DNA of 64,000 bases from an uncultured Acidimicrobiaceae bacterium (GCA_963777485.1 CAVZQP010000002.1:1006030-1070029); one strand, 5' to 3'. Shown: positions 9,678 through 19,195, numbered from the stretch's first letter. The notes: generated by a model from the sequence alone, not told the origin. Numbers and translations are program-made.

Positions 9678-10961
9678 ATGACCGTCGAGGCCTTGACCGG
9701 CGCGCATGCCGGCACACCACCCGGAGACACCGCCGCTCCGGGTGACGACACCTATGAGACAGCCAGGACCTTCGAGTCCCTCGGCGTCTCCGAAGAACTG
9801 ACCAAAGCGCTGGCTGATGAGGGCATCGTCAGCGCTTTTCCAATTCAGGCACTGACCGTTGCCGACGCGCTCGCGGGGCGAGACGTGTGCGGCAAAGCGA
9901 AGACAGGGTCAGGCAAGACGCTGGCCTTCGGCGTGCCGCTGCTGCAGCGGGCCAAGGCCACGCGGGATGCCCAGGGCCCTCGACAGACCCCCCGGCCCGC
10001 CAGACCCTTGGCACTGGTGTTGCTGCCCACGCGCGAACTGGCGGTGCAGGTCTACGACGTGTTGACGCCGCTCGCCCGAAAGCTCGGGCTGCGCGCCGTC
10101 GCCGTATACGGAGGAGCGGACATCGACCGCCAGGTAGCCAAGCTGCGCAAGGGTGTCGACCTCGTGATCGCGACGCCGGGCCGGCTGATCGACCTCGGCG
10201 ACCGGGGCGAGGTGGCGGTGGACGAGCTCGAAACCCTCGTCCTCGACGAGGCGGACCGGATGGCCGACATGGGTTTCATGCCACAGGTCGAGTGGGTGTT
10301 GCGCCGTCTCGACCAGGCGCACCAGACGCTGTTGTTCTCGGCAACTCTCGACGGTGCGGTGGACCGCCTGGTCAAGCGCTACCTCACCGAGCCGGTATTC
10401 CACGAAGTGGCGTCGTCCACGCAGACCGTGACGCTCATGGAGCACCGTTTTCTCCAAGTGCACCAGATGGACAAGGTCAAGGTTGCGGCGGCCATCTGCC
10501 GCAACCAGGAGAAGTCGCTCCTCTTCGTCCGCACCAAGCGGGGCGCGGATCGTCTGGTCGAAAACCTGGGTAAAGAGGGCGTGCGCGCCGCCGCCATCCA
10601 CGGCGACCTACGGCAATCCAGCCGTGAGAAGGCACTGTCCGACTTCTCCAGCGGCAAGCTTCCGGTGCTCGTGGCGACAGACGTCGCCGCGCGTGGCCTG
10701 CACATCGAAGCTGTTGACGGCGTGATCCACTTCGACCCGCCCGAGGATCACAAGGCCTACCTTCACCGGTCGGGCCGTACGGCGCGAGCGGGCCGCGCGG
10801 GCGTCGTCGTGAGCCTCGCGCTGTGGAACCAACTCGTGGAGATGGAGGTGATCCAGCGCCGGCTCGGCCTGCGCATCCCCATCGTCGAGATGTTCTCCAA
10901 CGATCCTCGACTCGCCGACCTCGCCGCCTGGATGCCAAAGCCCGAAGAGAGCGTGCTCTGA
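9678..10961 (+). CDS. DEAD-box ATP-dependent RNA helicase
   Basis: Q-motif FPIQ, motif I AKTGSGKT, motif Ia PTRELA, motif II DEAD, motif III SAT, motif VI HRSGRTAR. Confidence 0.85.
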   Translation: MTVEALTGAHAGTPPGDTAAPGDDTYETARTFESLGVSEELTKALADEGIVSAFPIQALTVADALAGRDVCGKAKTGSGKTLAFGVPLLQRAKATRDAQGPRQTPRPARPLALVLLPTRELAVQVYDVLTPLARKLGLRAVAVYGGADIDRQVAKLRKGVDLVIATPGRLIDLGDRGEVAVDELETLVLDEADRMADMGFMPQVEWVLRRLDQAHQTLLFSATLDGAVDRLVKRYLTEPVFHEVASSTQTVTLMEHRFLQVHQMDKVKVAAAICRNQEKSLLFVRTKRGADRLVENLGKEGVRAAAIHGDLRQSSREKALSDFSSGKLPVLVATDVAARGLHIEAVDGVIHFDPPEDHKAYLHRSGRTARAGRAGVVVSLALWNQLVEMEVIQRRLGLRIPIVEMFSNDPRLADLAAWMPKPEESVL

Positions 10962-10978
10962 GCGACGCCGACGACACC

Positions 10979-11730
10979 GTGCGGGTCGCGCTGTGGTCGC
11001 CCGAGGACGGGGTGCAACGTGTGCTCGTCGTGACCGCGCATCCCGATGACGTCGATTTCGGTTCGGCCGGGTCTGTCGCCGCCTTCACCGACGCGGGGCT
11101 CGATGTCACCTATTGCATCGTCACGAACGGTGAGGCGGGTGGTTCCGATCGTGCGATGTCACGGTCCGAGATGGCGGCGCTGCGCCAGGACGAACAGCGG
11201 GCCGCTGCGGCAGTGGTGGGGGTGAGCGACGTGCGGTTCCTCGGCCACCCCGACGGCAGGGTGCAGCCGACCTTCGACCTCCGCCGCGACATCAGCCGTG
11301 TGATCCGCCAGGTCCGCCCTCAGCGCGTCGTGACCCAGTCGCCCGAGCGGGATCTGGGCTTCATCTATGCCAGTCATCCCGACCACCTGGCCGCCGGTGA
11401 GGCGGCCTTGGACGCCGTGTATCCGGACGCCCGGAACCCCTTCGCTCATCCCGAACTGCTCGAGTCGGAGCGTCTCGAACCCTGGACGGTGAACGAGCTT
11501 TGGATCATGGGCCCGGGCAGGCCGGCGCCGACGCCGACTCGATCGCCGTCGAGACGACGAACACGGTGGAACGCAAGGTCTCGGCACTCATGTGCCACAA
11601 GAGCCAGATGCCGGACCCCCCGGACGCGATGGGAGAGCGGATTCGCACCTGGGCGCAGGCGGCGGGGGAGGCGGCGGGCCTCACGGCGGGTCGCTCGGCC
11701 GAGATGTACCGGATCATCCGTATCCCCTGA
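10979..11730 (+). pseudogene. PIG-L/LmbE-family N-acetylglucosaminyl deacetylase, interrupted by a -1 frame break near 11507-11520
   Basis: The N-terminal part (frame of 10979) reads VLVVTAHPDDVDFGSAG...HPDH...ELWIMG. The C-terminal part (frame of 11500) reads ...DSIAVETTNTVERKVSALMCHKSQ...MYRIIRIP*. After ELWIMG the first frame becomes Arg-rich nonsense that overlaps the next gene. Confidence 0.6.
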
Positions 11731-11736
11731 GCGGAC

Positions 11737-12417
11737 ATGGGCTCTGACCCCTGGGTCGTGCTCCAGCACGTTCCCTACGAAGGGCCGGGGGCGCTTGCGC
11801 CCGCGATACGCGAAACGGGGTCCGACCTGCAACTCGTACGCGTCGACAACGGGGATGCGGTGCCGTCTCCCGACGACGTCGGCGCGATCGCTGGACTCGT
11901 GGTGATGGGCGGTCCGATGGCTGTGCACGACGACCTGCCGTGGCTGGAGGCAGAGCGGGTACTGCTCCGGGCTGCGGTCGACGCGGAACTTCCGGTTCTC
12001 GGGGTGTGCCTCGGCGCGCAACAGTTGGCGGCGGCGCTGGGCGCCGAGGTGGTGGCCGGGGCGGAACCCGAGTGCGGCGTGGGCGAGGTCCACCTCACCG
12101 CAGCCGCGATCGGCGACCCCGTCTTCGGCAAGGCTCCGACGCCGTTGCCCTGCGTGCACTGGCACGGGGACACCTTCTCGTTGCCTACGGGGGCCGTCCG
12201 CCTCGCCGGCAACGAGGCGTACGAGAACCAGGCATTCCGCGTCGGAGCGCGCGCCTATGGGCTGCAATTCCACGTCGAGGTCACGGGGAGCCTCGTCGCC
12301 CACTGGGGCCCCCACCTTCCGCCCCACGTGTTCATCCGCGCCTCCGACGTCGCACACGTCAGCCGTGCCGGCGAGGGCATCGTGCGGCGGTTCATCGCGT
12401 TGGCGGGATCCTCGTGA
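11737..12417 (+). CDS. Class I glutamine amidotransferase (GATase1) domain protein
   Basis: LVVMGGPM....PWL..E..LL..A....PVLGVCLGAQQLA contains the nucleophile elbow GVCLGAQ. A later FHVE motif is present. Confidence 0.8.
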   Translation: MGSDPWVVLQHVPYEGPGALAPAIRETGSDLQLVRVDNGDAVPSPDDVGAIAGLVVMGGPMAVHDDLPWLEAERVLLRAAVDAELPVLGVCLGAQQLAAALGAEVVAGAEPECGVGEVHLTAAAIGDPVFGKAPTPLPCVHWHGDTFSLPTGAVRLAGNEAYENQAFRVGARAYGLQFHVEVTGSLVAHWGPHLPPHVFIRASDVAHVSRAGEGIVRRFIALAGSS

Positions 12418-12743
12418 GTGTCTCGGCTGCCGGCGTGCGGAGGCTGGCACTCGCGTTCCCCGAGGCGACCGAGCAACCGCATCACGACATGACCTCGTTC
12501 CGCGTCCGAGGCAAGATTTTCGCCACCATGCCCCCCGAGGGCGGCCGGCTCCACGTGTTCCTGCCCGAGCCCGACGTGGCGTCCTACTGCGCCGAGTTCC
12601 CCTCGGCGGTGGCGGAGCTGTGGTGGGGCAAAAAGCTCAGCGGCTGCCGCATCCTCCTCCGCCATGCCGAGCGCGCGCTGGTGCGCGAAATGCTCGCGGA
12701 ATCCTGGCGGCGCAAGGCGCCGAAGAGCCTTCTTGCCGAGTAA
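12414..12743 (+). CDS. MmcQ/YjbR-family DNA-binding protein
   Basis: The GTG start overlaps the upstream stop (GTGA). ...LALAFPEATEQPHHDMTSFRVRGKIFATM... is typical of YjbR. Confidence 0.7.
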   Translation: MSVSAAGVRRLALAFPEATEQPHHDMTSFRVRGKIFATMPPEGGRLHVFLPEPDVASYCAEFPSAVAELWWGKKLSGCRILLRHAERALVREMLAESWRRKAPKSLLAE

Positions 12744-12770
12744 ATGATCGCAACGCGGTCTGCCCCCTTG

Positions 12771-12812
12771 ACTTTCCCACAAGGAAAGTAATAGACTTTC
12801 CAACTAGGAAAG
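12771..12812. promoter_or_regulatory. Two tandem palindromes ACTTTCC-N5-GGAAAGT and ACTTTCC-N5-GGAAAG, candidate operator pair
   Basis: Read directly at 12771-12789 and 12795-12812, centres 24 nt apart. A TTGACT hexamer sits at 12768-12773. The pair lies just upstream of the SD (GAAGG) and ATG at 12829. Confidence 0.5.
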
Positions 12813-12828
12813 CGAAGGTGACTGCGAC

Positions 12829-13305
12829 ATGAGTACCCCGATCAGCGAGACCGAAGCGCGTTATGCCCTCAGCTCGATTGAGCGGCACCGGCAACAAGTT
12901 CTGGCAGAAATCAACGTGCCAGCGTGGTATTGGCTCGCCCTGGCCGGCGGATGGGTGGTGCTTGGCGTTCTGGCCGACTACGGGCCCGCGTGGGCAGTGA
13001 TCGCCGGAACTGTCCTCTTTGGTGCGGCGCATTCGACCGTGGCCCCTCGTGTTCTCTCCGGTCGTCGGGGATCGCCGCACTTGAGCATTCATGGCGATCT
13101 GGTGAGCCGTGGCATACCGCTCCTTGTGATCGGGTTTCTCATCGTCATGACGGGCGCGACTGTGGGCTTTGCTCTGCTTCTCCACGCCGACGGTTCGCGC
13201 CACCCTGCCGCCCTGGCCGGTGGTGTCGTTGCTCTGCTCGTGTTGTGCGGCGGACCAACGCTGATGGGATGGGTTCGCCGGCGCGCTGAGCGCGAGGAGG
13301 CCTGA
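12829..13305 (+). CDS. Small integral membrane protein (about 4 TM), hypothetical
   Basis: 158 aa with hydrophobic segments WYWLALAGGWVVLGVLA, AVIAGTVLFGAAH, PLLVIGFLIVMTGATVGFALLL and ALAGGVVALLVLCGG. Confidence 0.55.
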   Translation: MSTPISETEARYALSSIERHRQQVLAEINVPAWYWLALAGGWVVLGVLADYGPAWAVIAGTVLFGAAHSTVAPRVLSGRRGSPHLSIHGDLVSRGIPLLVIGFLIVMTGATVGFALLLHADGSRHPAALAGGVVALLVLCGGPTLMGWVRRRAEREEA

Positions 13306-13308
13306 TCG

Positions 13309-13614
13309 ATGGTGACGCCCGCCTTCGACGAGCTCATCCACCCGAGCACACGGTTGTCAATCGTCGCCATCCTTGCGTCGACCGATTGGGCCGATTTCTC
13401 TTTCGTGCGCGACCGGCTTGCCCTGTCGGACTCGGCTCTATCGAAGCAGTTCACGACACTGGAAGAGGCGGGGTATCTCAAAGTCGAACGTGCCTTGTCC
13501 GAACACCGGCGCCGAGTCCGCGTCGCGCTCACGGAAACCGGGCGCCGAGCTTTCGAAGGACACGTGGCAGCGCTGCAGGCGGTCATCGCGGGCGCCGAAC
13601 GTACAACTGTCTGA
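13309..13614 (+). CDS. Winged-helix (ArsR/MarR-like) transcriptional regulator
   Basis: 101 aa. HPSTRLSIVAILAS....F..VRD.L.LSDSALSKQFTTLEEAGYLKVER is the wHTH. It starts 4 nt after the membrane protein gene. Confidence 0.7.
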   Translation: MVTPAFDELIHPSTRLSIVAILASTDWADFSFVRDRLALSDSALSKQFTTLEEAGYLKVERALSEHRRRVRVALTETGRRAFEGHVAALQAVIAGAERTTV

Positions 13615-13800
13615 CTTCGACTCACTCACACCTAGCAACGGGTCCGGTGTCACTCTGCGCTTCGCTGCCGATCCTGGTACTTGATTGCGCATGCGGGCAT
13701 CACAACATGTAGTCGTCCGCCACTCGGGTGGCCACACTAGATGTCGTGACGCGGAAAAAAACTGAGACAGTGTGCAACGGGCGCGTCTATCTTCGCCCCG

Positions 13801-14854
13801 GTGACAGCCAGACATCGCGCCAGAGTTGCTCGTGATCGGACGTGGCCACGCAGCATTGTGATCATGATGACGAGTGGCTTCACCCCGGTGGAAGCGAAGC
13901 ACCGCGCCAAGGTTGTCCGGGATCGGAAGTGGCCACGCAGAGTCGTCATGACGCTGGTGCTCACAAGCGGTCTCATCCCACTGACGAGCGTTGACGCCGC
14001 CGCGAGCGCCGTGATGCCGACGACTTCGCACTACGAGACCGGCGCGTCCGCCGCTGTCCTCAGCAGCCAGGGGCAGGCGGCGGGTAGCTCCGGCACGCAG
14101 GGTCTGGTCGTCTTGGACTTCGGCCGCCCCGCTTCCGACGGGACGAGCGACGGCACCCTGGACTTCTCGCACAACGTCGTCTCGTTCGCAGACATCACCA
14201 CCGGAGTCGAGAGCTACGTCACGGCCTATTACAACGCTGCGCCCGCTGATACGAGGCTCGACGTCGTCATCGGGACGAACGACAGCTGCGGCGTGAACCA
14301 ACCGTGCGGATCGGTCGTGTGCGGATGTCCCGACGAGCCCAGCAGCTACATCACATGGGGGCAGGAGCTCGCAGACACGGTCATGCAACTCAATGCCTGG
14401 TCGGCACGGCGTCGCGTCATCGAGTCGGTTCACCGACACGGTGCACGTCTGGGCCGGCGACGACGCCGAGCCTGCGTTCGACCCGGGATTCGACAACACC
14501 AAGTACGTGATGCAGGGCTACGCGCAAACGGTGGGCGGGAGCTACCCGCCGATGGTGGACTACGGCTCCGCCGATCCCGGGATTTGGACCAACGACGAGC
14601 TCCTCCAGATCGCCAACGGCTTCTCGCCGAACGTCGCCATGCCCGAGATGTACACACCGAGCCAGGTCTCGGAGTGGGCGTCCGTCCTGTCCTACGCCAA
14701 GACGCATGACGGCGAGGACGTCACGCTCTTCGGGGTCATGACCGTGCCGGCCAGCACCGAAGCTCCGCAGAACGCAGCCGCCGACACGCTGGCGGCCCTC
14801 GCTCCCGTCACCGGCCAGAGCACCATCCGCTGGGTGTCGACGATCACACACTGA
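13801..14854 (+). pseudogene. Secreted hypothetical protein, reading frame broken (+1) near 14395-14435
   Basis: Frame 1 reads ...VVMTLVLTSGLIPLTSVDAAASA...VVCGCPDEPSSYITWGQELADTVMQLNAW and then turns into Arg-rich nonsense. Frame 2 continues with plausible protein ...FTDTVHVWAGDDAEPAFDPGFDNTKYVMQGYAQ...IRWVSTITH*. The likely true start is the GTG at 13888. Confidence 0.5.
13811..13975 (+). repeat. In-frame 87-bp imperfect tandem duplication of the signal-peptide coding 5' end
   Basis: catcgcgccagagttgctcgtgatcggacgtggccacgcag (13813-) and caccgcgccaaggttgtccgggatcggaagtggccacgcag (13900-) are 87 nt apart. The peptides are RHRARVARDRTWPRSIVIMMTSG and KHRAKVVRDRKWPRRVVMTLVLTSG. Confidence 0.6.
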
Positions 14855-14899
14855 CGGGGAGTGCATACAGGGCCGTGCACGGACCGGGAGCTGCAGTCG

Positions 14900-17611
14900 C
14901 TAACCCGCCATCTGTCGGAGCACGTACTGGAGGATCCCACCGTGGCGGTAGTACTCGGCCTCCATCGGGGTGTCGATGCGCACGATCACCCGGAATTCGG
15001 TGACCGAGTCGTCGTCCGACGTCGCGGTGACCGAGACCTCCTTGGGTAGCTCGCCCTTGTTGAGCACGTCGAGCCCGGTGATGGTGAAGCGTTCTCGTCC
15101 CGTGAGCCCCAGGCTCTGGACCGAGTCACCCTTGTAGAACTGCAGCGGCACCACGCCCATGCCGATCAGGTTGGAGCGGTGGATGCGCTCGAGGCTCTGC
15201 GCGATCACCGCGCGCACGCCAAGCAACGCCGTGCCCTTGGCGGCCCAGTCGCGACTGCTCCCTGTCCCGTACTCCCGGCCGGCCAACACCACCAACGGCA
15301 CGTCCTCTTGCCCATACTGCATTGCCGCGTCGTAGATGGAGGTCTGCGCCCCGTCGGGCAGATGCACGGTCACGCCGCCCTCGGTGCCCGGCGCGAGCTG
15401 GTTGCGCAGGCGCACGTTGGCGAACGTTCCGCGCATCATGACCTCGTGGTTGCCGCGTCGAGCGCCGTACGAGTTGAAGTCCCGCCGCTCGACGCCGTGG
15501 TCAACGAGGTACTGCCCCGCCGGCGTCGTGGGACCGATGGAGCCAGCCGGGGAGATGTGGTCCGTCGTGACGCTGTCGCCCACCATCACCAGGACACGCG
15601 CGCCCGTGATGTCGGTCACCGGTGACGGCGTCATCGTCATCGTTTCGAAGAAGGGCGGGTTCTTCACGTAGGTGGAGGCGTCCTGCCATGCGTACGTCTC
15701 ACCGCCCTCGACCTCGACCTCGCCCCAGTATTCGTCGCCGTCGAAGACAGCGCTGTAGCGCGAGCGGAACATGTCGGAGGTGAGCGACGTCCGGATCGTC
15801 TCGCTCACCTCGTCGAGTGAGGGCCACAGGTTGGCGAGCATGACCGGGGTGCCTTCGGCGTCGTGGCCGATGGGCTCGTTCTCGAGGTCGATATCCATCG
15901 TGCCCGCCAGCGCGTACGCCACGACGAGCGGCGGCGAAGCGAGGTAGTTCAGGCGCACGTCCGGGTGGATGCGTCCCTCGAAGTTTCGGTTGCCAGAGAG
16001 GACCGCGGCGACGGCGAGGTCGGCTCCGTTGACGGCATCACTGACGCCATCGAGGAGTGGGCCCGAGTTGCCGATGCACGTGGTGCAGCCGAAACCGACC
16101 AGGTAGAAGCCGAGCTCCTCGAGCGGCTCGGTCAAGCCGGCGCGCTCGAGGTAGTCGACCACCACGCGCGAGCCGGGTGCGAGCGACGTCTTCACCCACG
16201 GCTTCGAACGCAGCCCGAGCGCCACGGCCTTCTTGGCCAGCAGGCCGGCGGCGACGAGCACCTGCGGGTTCGACGTGTTGGTGCAGCTGGTGATGGCCGC
16301 GATCACGACGTCCCCGTCCGCCATCTGGTGGTGCGGGGCTGCGGCGGGCTCGCCGTCTGCCGTCACCGGGGTGCGGTCGAGCGCGGCCCGGAAGGATTCC
16401 CTCGCCGCGGCGAGCCGCACGCGGTCCTGCGGTCGCTTGGGGCCGGCGAGTGAGGGCTCGACGTCGCCCAGGTCGAGACTGAGGTGCTCGGAGTACACGG
16501 GCTCGGGCGAGCTGGCATCGTGCCAGAGCCCCTGGGCCTTGGCGTAGGCCTCGATCAGAGCGACGTGCGCCTCGTCGCGGCCGGTGAAGCGGAGGTAGTC
16601 GAGGGTGACCTGGTCGATCGGGAACATGGTGCACGTGGCCCCGTATTCGGGGCTCATGTTGCCGATGGTGGCCCGGGTCTCGAGCGTGAGGGCCGCGACG
16701 TCGGGTCCGTAGCACTCGACGAACGCGCCGACGACGCCGTGGTCGCGCAGCAACTCGGTCACGGTGAGCACGACGTCGGTGGCGGTGATGCCGGGCTTCG
16801 GCTCGCCGGAGATGCGCAGGCCGACGACCGGCGGCAGGAGCATGGACAGGGGCTGGCCCAACATGGCCGCCTCGGCCTCGATCCCGCCGACACCCCAGCC
16901 GAGCACGCCGAGCCCGTTGACCATGGTGGTGTGTGAGTCGGTGCCGACCAGCGTGTCGCAGAATGCGCGTCCGTCCTCTGTCGCGAACACGAGACGCGAC
17001 AGGTACTCGAGGTTGACCTGGTGGCAGATGCCGGTCCCGGGCGGCACGACGCGGAACCCGTCGAAGGCACCTTGCGCCCAGCGCAACAGCTGGTAACGCT
17101 CCAGGTTGCGCTCGTACTCGATGCTGACGTTGCGGTCGTAGGACTCGGCGTCGCCCGAGCGCTCGATGATGACGGAGTGGTCGATGACCAGCTCGACGGG
17201 GACGAGCGGGTTGACCCGGGAGGCCTTGCCGCCGAGCCGCGCCAGCGCGTCGCGCATGGCGGCCAGGTCGACGACGCCGGGCACGCCGGTGAAGTCCTGC
17301 ATCAGGACGCGCTCGGGGGTCAGCGCGATCTCGTAGGCGCTCTCGCCGGCGCCTTGGCCGTGGCCCTCGGGGTTCGCACCCCACCCGGCGACGGCCACGA
17401 TGTCGTCGGCCGATACGTGAGGGCCGTCCTCGTGGCGCAACAGGTTCTCGAGGATGACCTTGATCGAGTAGGGCAGCCGGTCGATGTCGTGGCGCTCGGC
17501 GAGGGAGGGGGCCTTGATGTTGAAGATCTCGTACGTGCGGTCGCCGACGGACAGGTCGGTCCGGGCGCCGAACGTGTCGGGGTGGGCGTCCGTCGTGGAT
17601 TCGGGGGTCAT
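14900..17611 (-). CDS. acnA: Aconitate hydratase A
   Basis: About 900 aa, with typical blocks ...[13 protein letters not shown]..., [29 protein letters not shown] and a C-terminal swivel domain. ATG at 17611 (MTPESTT...) chosen over the longest ORF. Confidence 0.95.
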   Translation of the reverse strand: MTPESTTDAHPDTFGARTDLSVGDRTYEIFNIKAPSLAERHDIDRLPYSIKVILENLLRHEDGPHVSADDIVAVAGWGANPEGHGQGAGESAYEIALTPERVLMQDFTGVPGVVDLAAMRDALARLGGKASRVNPLVPVELVIDHSVIIERSGDAESYDRNVSIEYERNLERYQLLRWAQGAFDGFRVVPPGTGICHQVNLEYLSRLVFATEDGRAFCDTLVGTDSHTTMVNGLGVLGWGVGGIEAEAAMLGQPLSMLLPPVVGLRISGEPKPGITATDVVLTVTELLRDHGVVGAFVECYGPDVAALTLETRATIGNMSPEYGATCTMFPIDQVTLDYLRFTGRDEAHVALIEAYAKAQGLWHDASSPEPVYSEHLSLDLGDVEPSLAGPKRPQDRVRLAAARESFRAALDRTPVTADGEPAAAPHHQMADGDVVIAAITSCTNTSNPQVLVAAGLLAKKAVALGLRSKPWVKTSLAPGSRVVVDYLERAGLTEPLEELGFYLVGFGCTTCIGNSGPLLDGVSDAVNGADLAVAAVLSGNRNFEGRIHPDVRLNYLASPPLVVAYALAGTMDIDLENEPIGHDAEGTPVMLANLWPSLDEVSETIRTSLTSDMFRSRYSAVFDGDEYWGEVEVEGGETYAWQDASTYVKNPPFFETMTMTPSPVTDITGARVLVMVGDSVTTDHISPAGSIGPTTPAGQYLVDHGVERRDFNSYGARRGNHEVMMRGTFANVRLRNQLAPGTEGGVTVHLPDGAQTSIYDAAMQYGQEDVPLVVLAGREYGTGSSRDWAAKGTALLGVRAVIAQSLERIHRSNLIGMGVVPLQFYKGDSVQSLGLTGRERFTITGLDVLNKGELPKEVSVTATSDDDSVTEFRVIVRIDTPMEAEYYRHGGILQYVLRQMAG

Positions 17612-17673
17612 ACACACATTCTGCCGTGGGTCCCACCGAATCGCCCATTGGCGGGTGTAAAGGCGGCCTTTCG

Positions 17674-17717
17674 CGTTGAACCCACGTTGAACTGGCAATT
17701 CGTAACGTCTTCGTAAC
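17674..17717. promoter_or_regulatory. Four direct-repeat boxes: CGTTGAAC-cca-CGTTGAAC ... TTCGTAAC-gtc-TTCGTAAC (11-nt phasing)
   Basis: Read directly in the 153-bp divergent intergenic region between acnA and the CHAP-domain gene. Confidence 0.35.
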
Positions 17718-17764
17718 CCCACGTACCGGTCGCGCGCGCAACGCAGCGTGCAGAATCTTGAGGC

Positions 17765-19195
17765 GTGCGCCGACGGGGTTCAAGAGGAGAGGCGAAAACA
17801 GCGAATTGGCGCCGCGGGAGGCCGCGCTCGGCCGTCTCGCTGGCGGCGATCACCGTCGCGGCGCTCGTCGCACCGGCGGTGCTCACGTTCGGTGGCGGCA
17901 GCCTCGCGCCGGCGCCGGCCGGTGCCGTCTACCACGACGCCGGAATGATCGGGTTCGGGAACGTCGACACGAGCGCGCCCGCCATGCCGCAGCCGCTCAA
18001 CTCGCCCGTGTTCTCCGGGACCGCCACGCCCGACGGGAACGGCTACATCCTCGCCAGCGCAGACGGTGGCGTCTTCGCGTTCGGCGACGCGACGTTCGAA
18101 GGCTCCGCGGGTGCCCTGCCCCTACAGGGTCCGATCGTGGCCGAGGCCACCACGCACGACGCCAAGGGGTACTGGCTCGGCGCGCTCGACGGCGGCGTCT
18201 TCGCATACGGCGACGCGCAGTTCTACGGATCGATGGGCGGGCAGCGTCTGAACCAGCCGATCGTGGGCATGGCAGCCACGCCCGACGGCAAGGGCTACTG
18301 GCTCGTGGCCGCCGACGGCGGGATCTTCTCCTATGGCGACGCGCAGTTCTACGGCAGCACGGGTGCCATCACCCTGAACTCGCCGATCGTCGGCATGGCG
18401 GCGACGCGAGACGGCAATGGCTACTGGCTGGTCGCGGCGGACGGGGGCATCTTCAACTACGGCGACGCGCTCTTCGAGGGCTCGGCCGGCAACGCGAACC
18501 TGCCCGACCCCGCCGTCGGCATGGTGGCGTCGCCCGACGGTGCGGGCTACCTGATCGCGACCCAGAACGGCGTCGTGCTGCCCTACGGCGACGCGCAGGG
18601 CCTCGGGGGCCTCAGCCTCGACCCGACGGCGACGCAGATCTCCGCCATCATCGGCAACAACCACGGCACCGGCTACTGGCTCCTCGACCCGCAAGCCTGG
18701 CAGTACAGCTTCACGACCGCGACGCCCGAACCCGCATTCCCCGGGTCGGCCACTGTCGCGGCGGCGGTGGCGAGCCAGATCGAGCCGGATCCGGACACCC
18801 AGGGGGCGTATTGCAACCCGTACGGGCCGTGTGAGGAGTGGTGCGCGCTGTTCGCCACCTGGGCCTGGGAGCAGGCCGGCATCGGCATTCCCCGCTATGC
18901 GTTCACCGGCGACATGTACGGCTGGTCCGCTGCCCACGGTGCCGTCCTGCCGCCGACCGCGATGCCCGCCGTCGGTGACGCGGTGCTCTACGGCACGGGG
19001 CCGCAGAGCACGTCCACCTCGGTGCACGTGGGCATCGTGACCCAGGTCTGGCCCGACGACGCGATCATGACCGTGGGCGGCGACTCGGGACCGGGCCGCG
19101 ACGGGTACCTGTCGGTCGCGCTCGACGGCCCCTTCCTGCCGCTGGACTCGGGCAGTTACAACGGCACGCCGATCTACGCCTTCGCCCAGCCGTAG
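17765..19195 (+). CDS. Secreted cell-wall hydrolase: six ~40-aa propeller-type repeats plus a C-terminal CHAP (amidase/peptidase) domain
   Basis: Signal peptide ...[30 protein letters not shown]. Six repeats follow the pattern [22 protein letters not shown]. The C-terminal CHAP-like region is ...[18 protein letters not shown]...VHVGIVT.... Confidence 0.75.
   Translation: MRRRGSRGEAKTANWRRGRPRSAVSLAAITVAALVAPAVLTFGGGSLAPAPAGAVYHDAGMIGFGNVDTSAPAMPQPLNSPVFSGTATPDGNGYILASADGGVFAFGDATFEGSAGALPLQGPIVAEATTHDAKGYWLGALDGGVFAYGDAQFYGSMGGQRLNQPIVGMAATPDGKGYWLVAADGGIFSYGDAQFYGSTGAITLNSPIVGMAATRDGNGYWLVAADGGIFNYGDALFEGSAGNANLPDPAVGMVASPDGAGYLIATQNGVVLPYGDAQGLGGLSLDPTATQISAIIGNNHGTGYWLLDPQAWQYSFTTATPEPAFPGSATVAAAVASQIEPDPDTQGAYCNPYGPCEEWCALFATWAWEQAGIGIPRYAFTGDMYGWSAAHGAVLPPTAMPAVGDAVLYGTGPQSTSTSVHVGIVTQVWPDDAIMTVGGDSGPGRDGYLSVALDGPFLPLDSGSYNGTPIYAFAQP

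Noticed and set aside
10823-11905. Apparently intact 360-aa ORF
   Set aside because: Only its first half is real (PIG-L domain). After about 11515 it is read-through nonsense that overlaps the GATase gene. The true C-terminus is in the -1 frame.
17612-17764. ydaO/c-di-AMP-type riboswitch upstream of the CHAP cell-wall hydrolase
   Set aside because: I could not find the conserved ydaO core elements by eye, and the region is better described by short direct repeats. An Infernal scan would be needed for a definitive answer.
16038-17783. 581-aa ORF overlapping acnA in another frame, and similar cases at 20515..22128(-), 57225..58745(-), 58508..59713(-), 60277..61251(-) and 60945..62378(+)
   Set aside because: Each overlaps a confidently identified housekeeping gene (acnA, argS, hom, thrC, rho). 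Their composition is extremely Arg/Pro-rich, so they are not coding.
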